Positions 34,153 to 45,725 of a DNA stretch of 64,000 nucleotides are shown piece by piece (the stretch's first letter is position 1; each line of letters begins with the position of its first letter). Under the pieces are notes generated by a model. That model ran no database searches. It had not been told where the DNA came from and saw only the letters and a list, made by a program, of their open reading frames with translations. The DNA is from Eledone cirrhosa. Taxonomy: Eukaryota. The translations under genes were made by a program, and so were the position numbers. The stretch covers positions 17,298,001-17,362,000 of the forward strand of contig OZ024749.1 of assembly GCA_964016885.1 (NCBI GenBank). Reading direction: 5' to 3'.

Positions 34153-36263
34153 TGTAGCGGTTGTCTCCCTTGTTTTGATTAGGATCTAGACGGGAAGTGG
34201 AACCCTTTCTGCAACTTCCGGTCAGAGCCCTATAAAACTAACAACTTTAAGCTTCCTTTCTCTCTTTGCCTTTTCGGCACCGATTCACAGAGCCTCTCAT
34301 TGGGCTCCGCCATTAATTTGGCCAACAGGCGCCTGGCCTTAGCCAGGCGTCCTCTGCCAGCCGCGTTTGCCTGGCAACCAAAACGGTAACTACTAACTTT
34401 GCTTCATTCTAACAACATCCTCATCTTTGACATGTCAAGTATACTATCTACCATTGTTAATTAAATATTATACACACAAACCATGTCTCGTTTTGTTACA
34501 TTCACCAACAACCAGTAATCTCGCTATATTGGTAACCCTGACGTGATACGAACACGCAGCCGTTCATCGCTATAAGTGGTCACCCCCCCAAAAAAAGAAA
34601 AAAATAGCACATCTGGTTTTGTGAGTAACATTACGAATACACAGCAAATTTAGCGACAAACTATGAAAATACTCAAGGACACGCACACGCACATGTGGAA
34701 TTCGCACAGACAGACTTTTTCTCTCACGCATCAATTAACTGTCGCATTTCACCAATATATATATATATATTTCTCGTTTCTTACAACGAACACTTTCAAA
34801 ACAAAAAAAAAAAAAAAAACATTTCACGATATATATATATGTTTCTCGTTTCTTACAACGAACTCTTTCAAAACACAAAAAAAAAAAAAGAAATTTGATA
34901 TTCTTTAAAAAACATTTCAACAGGAACATTTATTTTCGATGAACCATTGCCTTTTTGTTCATCGTTTTCTTCATCGTTCAAGTTTTTTGTTTTTTTCCAA
35001 AGTTCACACCAATAATTATGCTGAGTGAAGCCTTTCTTTTTCATCATTGTCACTTTCAAAATTGCACTATCATTTTCTCGCGCGTTAGAAATATTATTTT
35101 TTTCAACCTTGTATTGGCACGTGTAGGCAGCATAAATTCTCGATTCACAGAGATGTCTCTACTCACAGACAGCCGCACGCCAGGGATAACATTTCTCACC
35201 AGGGATTCTTCAGCCTTAAGCTATATTCTTCTATTTGCCGGTTTATAAATTTACAATGTAAATTTACCGTTGATAACCGCGCATTTATTAAGAATGCTTA
35301 TTTCTCTGGTCGCTGGCCTCTTGACCCTTCCAGGTCAACGCATTCTCAACATCGACCATCAACTTCGGCTGCTATTTCTAGCACTTTGCGCAACTCATTT
35401 TTTCTAAAAAAAATTTTTTTACTGTGAATTTAAACACCGAATACGCTCACTCAGCGAGACAACAGCAACAGCAATACATCAATACAGATTCACCAAAGCC
35501 AGAGAATTCATTTTTGCAGCACTCTTCCTGTGAGAAAATACATTCGGAGGTTGGAAATTTCACGATATACCACAGAACAGAAACCACCTGCATTCATTCT
35601 CTGGAACACACTTTCTTTCCTGCTGTCATGTGATTGCACACCTGTGAACTATATTTTGAACTTTGAGCTCTTCTATTACTTTTACTTTATTACATTGTAT
35701 CTTTGGGTGATGGATAGATGGATGTCCAGTCGTTCTCTGGCCAAGAGCGGTTGGCTACCTTGATATCTATCATTGATTTTTCCAAACATTCTTTTGTCGT
35801 AATTTTCATGCCTGTTACAACATTCTCGCCAACTTGCTACATATTTTCATTTCGATTTTTATACACTAAAATTCTGGCGGGAGGTTATGTAGCGGTTGTC
35901 TCCCTTGTTTTGATTAGGATCTAGACGGGAAGTGGAACCCTTTCTGCAACTTCCGGTCAGAGCCCTATAAAACTAACAACTTTAAGCTTCCTTTCTCTCT
36001 TTGCCTTTTCGGCACCGATTCACAGAGCCTCTCATTGGGCTCCGCCATTAATTTGGCCAACAGGCGCCTGGCCTTAGCCAGGCGTCCTCTGCCAGCCGCG
36101 TTTGCCTGGCAATCAAAACGGTAACTACTAACTTTGCTTCATTCTAACAACATCCTCATCTTTGACATGTCAAGTATACTATCTACCATTGTTAATTAAA
36201 TATTATACACACAAACCATGTCTCGTTTTGTTACATTCACCAACAACCAGTAATCTCGCTATA
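34153..36263 (+). mobile_element. Non-autonomous LTR retrotransposon (2.1 kb, 376-bp LTRs)
   Basis: LTRs 34153-34528 and 35888-36263 (TGTAGCG...CGCTATA, one difference seen); TSD TACT; PBS TGGTAACCCTGACGTGAT; purine-rich GGCGGGAGG before the 3' LTR; no pol ORF. Confidence 0.92.
34530..34547 (+). promoter_or_regulatory. Primer-binding site complementary to tRNA-Trp 3' end
   Basis: TGGTAACCCTGACGTGAT versus the tRNA-Trp complement TGGTGACCCCGACGTGAT (recalled consensus; 2 mismatches), 1 nt after the 5' LTR. Confidence 0.8.
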
Positions 36264-36859
36264 TACTCACTTACATGCTACAAAAGGGTTTACTTGTGTC
36301 CCTCCTCGCCTAAATAGTTTCGTAAATATTATTTTTAAAATGATTGTAATTGAACTTAAGGTAAATTTTTATAATAAAACCCGTCTCACCAGTCGTATGT
36401 AATAACTGTTTCTGATTTAGGGACAACGACAATAGTTTTGGTGGGAGGGGTAGTCAAATAAATCTACCTTAGTGCGTTACTGGTACTTTGTTTTATAGAC
36501 CCCGTAACGATGAAAGGAGAAGCTACCCTCGACGGCATTGGTTTCACAGTCAATTTCTTCCATAAAAGGATAGATAGATACGGGGAACAAGAGAGTGAGT
36601 GTGTATGTGATACAGAGATATAGAGGAAGAATCGATCCCAGTACTGGACTGCTACTTTTATTTTGTCGATCTCGATAGGGTGAAAATCAAAGTTGACTTC
36701 GGTGGTATTTGAACACAGAGCGCAGATCTTGAAGGAATACCACAAGGAATGTTCTGCCACTGTGGATATAAAAGTATTCTCAACAAAATGAAAGACGTCG
36801 ATAAGCAGTAATTAATCTATCTAATTAGGTAAGTGCAACTATATCGATCTACTAAAGGG

Positions 36860-37320
36860 GGAATGAAAAGAAAGGGATCAAGTAGCGAAAGAAATGGAGA
36901 GGGGGGAGGACAGATTCTAGTCCCTAGTCTGAATGGTGGCTCAGCCGTGCCCCGTGGTCAAAATGGAAAATAGATTACTGCAGAGAAGAGCCAGAGACAC
37001 CTGCTACACCAGCCACACCACCTCACAGGAATCCCCCCTCAAGCAGGCCACCATCTGTTTCAATTAAAATACAGCGATATATCTGTATTCTCTTCTTTTA
37101 AATTATTTTATATTTTAATTGAAACTGACGGGGGTCCAGTTAAGGAGAGAACCTCGGAGGTGTGGTGGTTGGTGCAGTGGGTGTCTCTGGTCATTCTCCG
37201 CGGTAATGTCTTTTCCATTTTGACCACGGGGCATGGCTAAGGCACTGCTCAGACTGGGGTCTATTGTCTGTTCTTCTCCCACTCTCTTTCTTTCGCTTCT
37301 TGATCCCTTTTCTTGTTTCC
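36860..37320. repeat. Diverged fold-back inverted repeat (~210-bp arms, ~40-bp spacer)
   Basis: e.g. GCCCCGTGGTCAAAATGGAAAA / TTTTCCATTTTGACCACGGGGC and GGGATCAAGTAGCGAAAGAAA / TTTCTTTCGCTTCTTGATCCC; duplicated at ~62644-63104. Confidence 0.85.
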
Positions 37321-37479
37321 TCTGATAGTGTTTCGTTTTTAATTTGATACTGTTCAATAATCTTTATACAAGGTCCATGGTTTTTCATGGTATTGTGAGA
37401 TTTTCTATATTGAATATGTTTGTTTTTATGTTTAATTCTTTAAATGATATACTTTGAATAAATCATAATGAGCCACTTA

Positions 37480-37817
37480 CTCTCGGGTCCCAAATAATAG
37501 GAGGGGGTGGTGGAACTAAGGTAATTTTTCTATGTTGTCTCCCTTGATATTTTTTAGATTAAAGAATTAGATGGTTAGTTTACATATTGAGACCCCAAAA
37601 CCATCATATTTATTTCATAACGTATGGGATTTCTTGTGATGTTCTTTTTTGGTGTCTAAAATAATTCATCAGAGGAATGCTACCACTTAATATAAAATTT
37701 CACCTGAGAGAGATTAGCAAAATTTGATAAGCGGTTGGAATAAGAGAGGGGTTGTTGGAAAAGATCTGAAAAATTAATAAGCATGGGGGCCGGGTACGAT
37801 TATTTGAGACCGAAGAG
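37480..37817. mobile_element. Tc1/mariner-superfamily MITE (family M2)
   Basis: TA TSD; TIRs CTCTCGGGTCCCAAATAAT / ATTATTTGAGACCGAAGAG; copy at 63264-63600. Confidence 0.82.
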
Positions 37818-38409
37818 TAATCACTGTATCTCAGCTGTAATTCGCAGAAAAAACATGGTGAAGGCATTGCTCCAGAAAACAACCAGCAACGCAGGCTACA
37901 TCATCCACTCTATCTCACCGGGCTTTCATTTTCATGCATTTTATGGAGAAAAACGACAGTCCAGGATAACCGAAAATACCAGCGGTCTCGGAAGTCACCG
38001 GCTCGGTAAGGAAACGGTCAGTGAAGTCCTGTTAATTAATTGTATTCCTCATTATTGGTGACACTACCCAGGTTTTCTGGATTTCTGGTTCGGTACTCCG
38101 TGTTGCACCTCTTGAGTGTAAATTAAAATAGAAATCAAATTGTTGCTTTGCTTATCAAACAATTTGATCACCTCCTGAAATACTTTATCGAACATTTTTC
38201 AAAATCGAAACACTATTTTATGAGACATAAACACACACACAGGTGCTACCCAACGTATATATAAGCATCTATATATATACCAAGCACGGGCAACATTTTT
38301 CGGGGTTCGTCTCGTTTAGGATGTATTCCAGTGTTACGGCAGTAATTTGCAGAGTGTAGATTGAAAAGAATCGAAGTTAGTGTTGCAGCATAAGTACAAA
38401 CATTATTGG

Positions 38410-38493
38410 CATATTACAATTGTTTCGATATCAGGTTAGGGTACAATCAAGATGACGGGACCCGACGCTTTACTTGACATCTCTTCAGATATG
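38410..38493 (-). ncRNA. Canonical type-I hammerhead ribozyme
   Basis: Minus strand: CATAT-CTGAAGA-GATGTCA...TGATATC-GAAAC-AATT-GTA-ATATG. All core residues present, G10.1-C11.1 pair, GUA triplet, palindromic ACAATTGT. Confidence 0.82.
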
Positions 38494-38599
38494 TGAATAT
38501 ATAGGTGCAAAGGCAGATTTAAACTGTTAATAGAGGTCCTGATATCTATTTACACTTATTAAGGGGTATTTAGGGAGCCGGTGGAGTAACGGTATGGTT

Positions 38600-41380
38600 A
38601 CTGATCTCAGGAATGCCACGGAAGATCGTGACATATAAAAAAGAAGAGTAGAATTGTTCTGGCCAATCTACCTCACCTAATAAATCTAAACTATAATAAA
38701 GTAAGAAGCGCAGGACTGCGTATGGATTATAATTTTTTTATCCCATTAGTAAAATAAGTTGCATTACTTTGAATAAATAATTGTTTCTACTTTAGGCACA
38801 AGGCCAGCAAATACCCAGTGCATTACTGGTACTTTATTTTATCGACCCCGTAAGGATGAAAGGCAAAGTCAACCTTGGCGGGATTTGAACTCAGATCGTA
38901 AAGGGATGTAACTATGCTGGAAAGCATGGCGTCCGACCCTCTACCGATACTGCCAATCCACCGCCATTACTTTGAATAAATAATGAATGAATATTACATA
39001 ATTTATCTACTAAATTTCGTGGCTGTTGATTAAATATATTTTGTTTATTTAAAGATTCACTTCTTTAAAATTTCTGAAATGTCAACACTTCTGGTTAGCC
39101 ATCGCTTAAATGAACATTCATATATTTCCGTCACTAATTTTCTCCTAATGCAGTTTATATATAATATCGTCTTTTTTAATGTATCATGGATTACGTTACT
39201 GATTAAATAAGACAGTGTAACGCAGTCTTCGTTCAATTTCTATGTATTATATATTGTCAATTATGATTTTATTTGATGTATCATATACCTGCGTATAATA
39301 TCAATATGCACACTACACATGCTAGCAGAAAATAATAATAATATTAATAATAATGTTGATGAACATTTATTATGTTGAAATATGTTGGAAATCATTCTCA
39401 TGGTTTTTGTATTGTAATTAACAAATACACCCTGTAGAAAGTACCCCTTCATATTATTTGTCATTAAGGGCTCTTACAGAGACACAATCTCATTTCATTG
39501 TTGAGGGTGGTGGATTTGCAGAATCAGTAGAGTGTCATACGATATGTTTTGTGTCATAAAGTTACAGCCCTTTATGTTCTGGGTTTAAATCATGCCATGG
39601 TCAACTTTGACTTTCATCCATTCAAGGTTGATGAAAAACAGTAACAGTAATGCACTGGCGCTGATTTAATTGGCATTCCCCTTTCTCTTCAAATTGCTGG
39701 CCTTGAGTCAAAAGTAGAAACATTTATTTAAAGTCTATAAAACAATAGATAGAATGCTTTCTGCCATATTTATCCTGGTTCTCTGCTCTCTGAGTTTAAA
39801 TCCTGCTAACGTCAACTTTCTTTCGTCCATTCATGGTTGATAAATAACAATACCAGTCTATCATGGGGTCTGTTCTTCCTCTCTATATTTCTATCTCACT
39901 TCCTCCCCATTATTCTCTCTCCTTATCTGGAAGAAATCAACTGTTCAAACCTGGAGAGTGAAGGGCTCCACCAAGCTTCAAATGTCCACAGTGATACCCT
40001 TATGACTACATCATTTAAAAAAAAAAACATTGAGATGTTTGTATGTGTTTATTTTGTAAACCTTAGCTGGTTTATATTTATATTTATGACAAAATATCCA
40101 CATGTGTAAATAAAAACAATTGCATAACTTTAATATTTGTTGGATGGTACTTTGATGACAGTTGTTTTTGACTTTTAAAAAAAATAATTCACATTTGAAA
40201 ATACTTTCTTCTCCTTTTCTTCAGCCATTTATTTCTGAAAGGGTTGTAGGGGGTAGAGTCCTCACACACCCCTTCTAGGTCCTATGTGTGTAACATTTCC
40301 TCTTTACACTACACACACACAACAACACATCACCCTGCAAACACACACACACCACATTAAAACACCACAACACACCACATACCACACCACAACAGACACA
40401 TACAAACCAGGTAGTTATACCAACCCAGGATCTTGATTTTAGTGATTTTTTTTGTAATAAATCTCAACATCTCAGTTCTTACCAAGTGGAGTGGAACTCA
40501 TCAGATTGGACCACGGAAACAATGTTTCCATTGGTTTTTCCAATTGATGATATTGAATCAGATTAGAAATAAATAAATAAAAAAATAGAGAATATATTTA
40601 TTTGCCGTTGTGTTGCCGAACACCATTGACCTGCATCTTTGGTCAAGAAGGCCATTGGAGCGTCACTCACAGAAGCTGATACAGCAGCCAGCTTGACAGC
40701 CGATATAGGTAGCACCAACAATTATCACTACCATTAACAAGAGGAAGGCAGTGACAATAACAATGACCCCGCATCTTTGGTTAAAGAAGGCGTTCGAGCC
40801 CCAGCAACCAGCCTGGCAGCCCGAATAGGTAGCAGTTTCAACTACCACCACCATCAACAATAGGGCGGCAGCGATAGCAGTGGTGACATTAACAACAGTA
40901 ACATATGTGTTTACACCAAACACTACCACTACCATTAACTAATTGTCTCCAATGATTTCAGTTGGTGACAGCTTGTTGACATCCATGCCAGCTGATGTTG
41001 ACAGTTTGTGGGTCATTTTGGAATGTGATCCACCAGGTCATCTTCGGTCAGCTTCTTTTCCACTTGCCTTCAAGGGGAATCCATGTCATCGCTGTTATGG
41101 ACAGGTGATCTTGGAGGTGCAGAATGTGACCTGCAAAATGGAACCAACGTTCCATGGTGATCAGCTGTGTATGTGACCCTGCACTCCACAGGATCTCACC
41201 AGCTGACCATTAGAATCTTATGCAGGCTCCTTTAATGGAAAGTTTTTAGACACCTATCCATCTTCACAGTGTTTTTCCATTTTTTGCAGTCAGAGATGGG
41301 CTTTCAAAGTACAATGCTAGTGTACAAGCGTAGCTTGAAATACAAGCTGATGGCTCTGTTTCACCAAATTGAGGGCATCC
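38600..41380 (+). repeat. Third, partial copy of the ZNF-downstream segment
   Basis: 38600-39530 is homologous to 30585-31245; 40937-41380 to 31420-31866. Confidence 0.8.
38782..38964 (-). mobile_element. SINE family B with 20-bp TSD
   Basis: TSD CATTACTTTGAATAAATAAT (38762-38781 / 38965-38984); empty site at 30745. Confidence 0.92.
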
Positions 41381-41504
41381 ATTAGAACACCGCAGTCACC
41401 TTTACAACTCTGCAGTTGATGTCCAGCTCAAAGTTGCCGCTGTTGCTCAGGATACTGCCAAGTATGTATAGAAGATATATATATTGTATATATTAGTGTA
41501 TCGA

Positions 41505-41716
41505 TAGTTGATTGACTTTAGTGAAATCGTACCAAGAAAACAATGTTTCCATTGGTCTTTCCAATTGCTAATACTATCTATCGGTCACAACTTCAGTTAG
41601 AAGGAGCAACATGAAATAAAGTGTCTTGCTCAAGGACATAACGCATCGCCCAGTCCAAGAATCAATCTCATAACCTCACGATTGTGAATCCAATTCTCTA
41701 ACCACTCAGCCACGCG
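41505..41716 (-). mobile_element. SINE (family A head, alternative tail)
   Basis: Same structure as 15170-15378. Confidence 0.75.
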
Positions 41717-41812
41717 TCTGTATATAGGGTATATATTAGTTGTGATGACACTGGCACCAAGTTATATCAGCTATTGACCTCACTTTGGATAACATCATAT
41801 ATTATATGTAGA

Positions 41813-44800
41813 ATATATATTGGTAGAAATTTCAGAAAACAGAACCGAGATCCTCTCAGGCATTGGTAGACATTCCATCCTCTGCTCCATATGGAGAATA
41901 TAGGTACACAAGAGATGTAGTAGGATCTCAGTAAGTTTAGCTAAGAATGTAGGCTTTACATGTGGCAGTTGCACTGGAACAGTAAGCAGCAAACGATCGA
42001 AAGGAACAAGTGCTACCAAATTGTAAGAGGGCTCTGTAGAAACAGTAGATAGCTTCTGCTACTTACGTGATCGAATTAGCAGCAATGTTGGGTGTGCTGA
42101 AAGTACAGTAACCAGAGTAAGAACTGGATGGAGGAAGTTCAGGGAGCTACTGCCACTGCTACAAAAGCTTCTCCCTCAGAATGAAAGGCAGATGGTATGA
42201 TGTATCCGTATGTACAGCTATGTTACATGGTAATGAGACTTGGGTGCTGCATGCAGAAGACTTGTGTAGATTCGAAAGCATGCTCCGATGGATGTGTAAT
42301 AGTAATATGCGAGAAAGTTGAAGCATAAATGAACTGAGAGAGAAACTGAGGATAAGAAAAATCAAATGCTGTGTGAAGGAGAGGAGATTGCATTGGTATG
42401 GACATGTGTTGCGTATGAAGGATGACAGCTGCATAACAAAGTGCAGAGGGCTCAGTTGTAGGAAGCCTTGGAATGGGGAGACCTTGGAAGACCTGGGTGA
42501 GGTGATACAAGCCGACCTTGCCCAATTGTACCTCTCAGAGGAGATGACACGTAGCCTGGATCTCTGGCGATGTGCAATAATACAGAAGACCCGAATTATC
42601 AGGAACACAAGTTGAAGCATATATACAGCATGCCCCCACTCACCCAGCCCATGCTGTAAAGTGGACATGTGAAAAACACAACAAAAAGCACCCAGCCCAT
42701 GCTGTAAAGTGGACATGTGAAAGACACAGCAAAAAGCACCCAGCCCACACTGTCAATGTGGTTGGCATTAGGAAGGGCATCCAGCCATAGAAAACCAGCC
42801 AGAAGCACCCCTATATGGGCTGTCACTGTCACCTGACACAACTTGCCTCAAAATAGGACCTGTGTAACCCATGGAAGATAGATTGATGATGGTGATGATG
42901 ATGATATATATGTGGTGTATACATAGTATGTGTAGTTCATATATATATATGATAAATGATGGTGTCAAGCTGTTTCAGCCATTCCTCTGGACAATATATA
43001 TAGTGTATGTATGTAGTATATATATATATATATATATAGATATAGATATAGTGTATATAATAGTTGTAATGTCACAGGTGCCGATCTATATCAGCCTTTC
43101 CCTTGGACAACATGACATATAGTCTATATATATTGGACAATAGTGTATATGTGGTGTATAAAGTAGTTGTGACAATATTCTATATACATATGTACACACA
43201 CACTGACAAACATGTATATACATATAGAAGGGTCGGATGAGGAGTTCATAGACTGACCAATGTATACACACATATATATACTATATATATGTATACAAAC
43301 ACATATATATTTTATAGTAAAGTCATACATCATATTGTAATATAATATTTTCAAAGGGAGGTACATTGTGTCCTTAAGCAAGACACATCATTCCACATGT
43401 CTCTCATGTTTTTGTTTTTCATCTTTTGTTTTATTACCTTTAATAATGTGTTTTGTTTAATATGAACAGTTATGTAAAATTAATAATGTTATTTATACAA
43501 ATCTGAATAAATTACTAACATATCGATTGACGGTGTGAATTAACATAACGGAAGTTGTTTCTGAATGTATTAAATTATGTAGGGAACTTTTAAGTCACGA
43601 CACCGATGTCAACTAGACGGTGAAATATTACCATTTATATCAGTTTCATCGTTACAACTTAAACCTCATCTAATTTTATCTTTTATGGTGATTATTTCAT
43701 ATTAAGATGGATGTTAATGTTTGTAAATAACATCAGGTGACTTATTTACCTTATAGTTGTTGTTTTATCACCTGTATTATTAAATATTGAAGTGGTTGTT
43801 CAACATTTTACAGGACAGGAAAATATTTTAATCAGAAATCAGTGAACATTTAGTTTTTACTAACTTTTCTTGACTTTATATTTGCTCTTGAAAACTAAAG
43901 TACGTATTATTTCGTTTTCCATCACAACGCAAACATTGTGAACTTTTCTATCTGAAGTGAAATATCTTGATTTATTACAACACTTACACACATATTTCTA
44001 CACACACACACGTCTATTTCTTTCTCTCATACTTACACACTGTATGTCTGTATATATATATATATATATGTATATATATTAACCTTCATCTTTTGTAATT
44101 ATGGATATTAATTCTCTTGTCACCTGAACTGTCGTCAATAACAAGAACCTTAAATTTCGAAGCCTTATTCGTTTGTTTTATGTGCTGAGGATGTTATTGT
44201 GAATAGAGCTTCACTCACTTTAACAAAAATTAAAAAAATACACACACACACACACACACATATATAAGCACTTGCTTTTTCTTCTTCCAAGATCAGTCTT
44301 ACACTTTCATACATCTTATTACTTTACCAACTGAATGCTACATTTCTTAATATATGAGTGGAAGTGGTGGGATTCCTTTATGAAATATGTCTGAATATAG
44401 CTGTGAGATTTGCAGGAAAACTTTCTCTTCAAAACTGAAACTATCCTCACACGAGAAAATACACAGTAGAGAAAACCCCTTCCATTGTGAAATATGTGGT
44501 AAATCTTTCATAAACAATTCTAATCTTGTCGTCCACATACGGAGTCACACTGGAAAAAACCCCTTCCATTGTGAAATATGTGGGAAATCTTTTACTGATA
44601 ATTCTGCTCTTGTCATCCACATACGGAGTCACACAGGAGAAAAACCCTTCCACTGTGAAATATGTGAGAAATCTTTCATAAATAATTCTAATCTTGTCAT
44701 CCATGTACGAAGTCACACAGGTGAAAAACCCTTCCATTGTGAAATATGTGGGGAATCTTTTTCTCGTAAATTTATCCTTGTACATCACAAAAGAACACAC

Positions 44801-45725
44801 ACTGGTGTAAAACCTTATTCATGTGAAATATGTGGGAAATCTTTTTCTCAGAGTTCAAATCTTGTAAAACATAAAAGAATACATACTGGTGAAAAACCTT
44901 ATTCATGTGAAATATGTGGGAAATCTTTTTCTCAGAGTTCGCAACTTGATAATCACAAAAGAACACATACTGGTGAAAAACCTTATTCATGTGAAATATG
45001 TGGGAAATCTTTTTCTGATAGTTCTAATCTTGAACGTCACAAAAGAATACATACTGGTGAAAAACCCTTCCATTGTGAAATATGTGGTAAATCTTTCAAT
45101 CAGAATTCGTCAATGGTTGTTCACCTACGTAATCAACACTAGCGGTAAACTCTATCACTGTGAAATATGAAAAACACAAATATATAGACACACTTTGGAA
45201 GTCAGAATATAAAATGTGAAGCTTGAGAAATCTTATACATCTCAACATATGTTGTGTGTGTGTATATATATATATATATTATTATTTTTAGTTTTTAATA
45301 CATTACTCAAATGGAAGAAATATACTAACATATATCAAAGATTACCATAATAACTAGGGAGCGGAGGACAAGATAAGCTGGACATTGCTACTGAGGGTAG
45401 GATGAGCTAGCTATTGTTGTAGATACCTAAACATTGTAAGACCCTAATGGGATGACTGAGATTGACCGACATAGATCAGATGTTTCAGGATGTCTAGCTG
45501 GAGATTAATGATCTCAGGAATGCCATGGAAGATCGTGACATCTAAAAAAGAAGAGTAGAATTGTTCTGGCTGATCCACTTCACCTAATAAATCTAAACTA
45601 TAATAACGTAAGGAGCGCAGGACTGCGTACAGTTTATAATTTTTTTCATCCCATTAGTAAAATAAGTTGCAATACCTTAAATAAATAATGAATGAATATT
45701 ACATAATGTATCTACTAAATTTCGT
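41813..45725 (+). repeat. Segmental duplication unit B (includes decayed RTE 41830-42905)
   Basis: Collinear with 26815-30800, including the RTE tail, AT-rich upstream region, ZNF gene and 3' flank. Confidence 0.85.
44387..45142 (+). CDS. C2H2 zinc-finger protein, 9 tandem fingers (paralogue B)
   Basis: Intact 251-aa ORF; N- and C-terminal fingers nearly identical to 29480-30244. Confidence 0.9.
   Translation: MSEYSCEICRKTFSSKLKLSSHEKIHSRENPFHCEICGKSFINNSNLVVHIRSHTGKNPFHCEICGKSFTDNSALVIHIRSHTGEKPFHCEICEKSFINNSNLVIHVRSHTGEKPFHCEICGESFSRKFILVHHKRTHTGVKPYSCEICGKSFSQSSNLVKHKRIHTGEKPYSCEICGKSFSQSSQLDNHKRTHTGEKPYSCEICGKSFSDSSNLERHKRIHTGEKPFHCEICGKSFNQNSSMVVHLRNQH

Noticed and set aside
34663-35924. 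Short ORFs inside the LTR element as gag or accessory genes
   Set aside because: No gag zinc knuckle, protease, RT or integrase motifs recognised; their identity in the second copy reflects recent duplication only.
37630-37680. Minus-strand CTGATGA followed by GAAA
   Set aside because: No helix II or helix III pairing; lies inside a MITE, and the duplicate copy has lost the motif.
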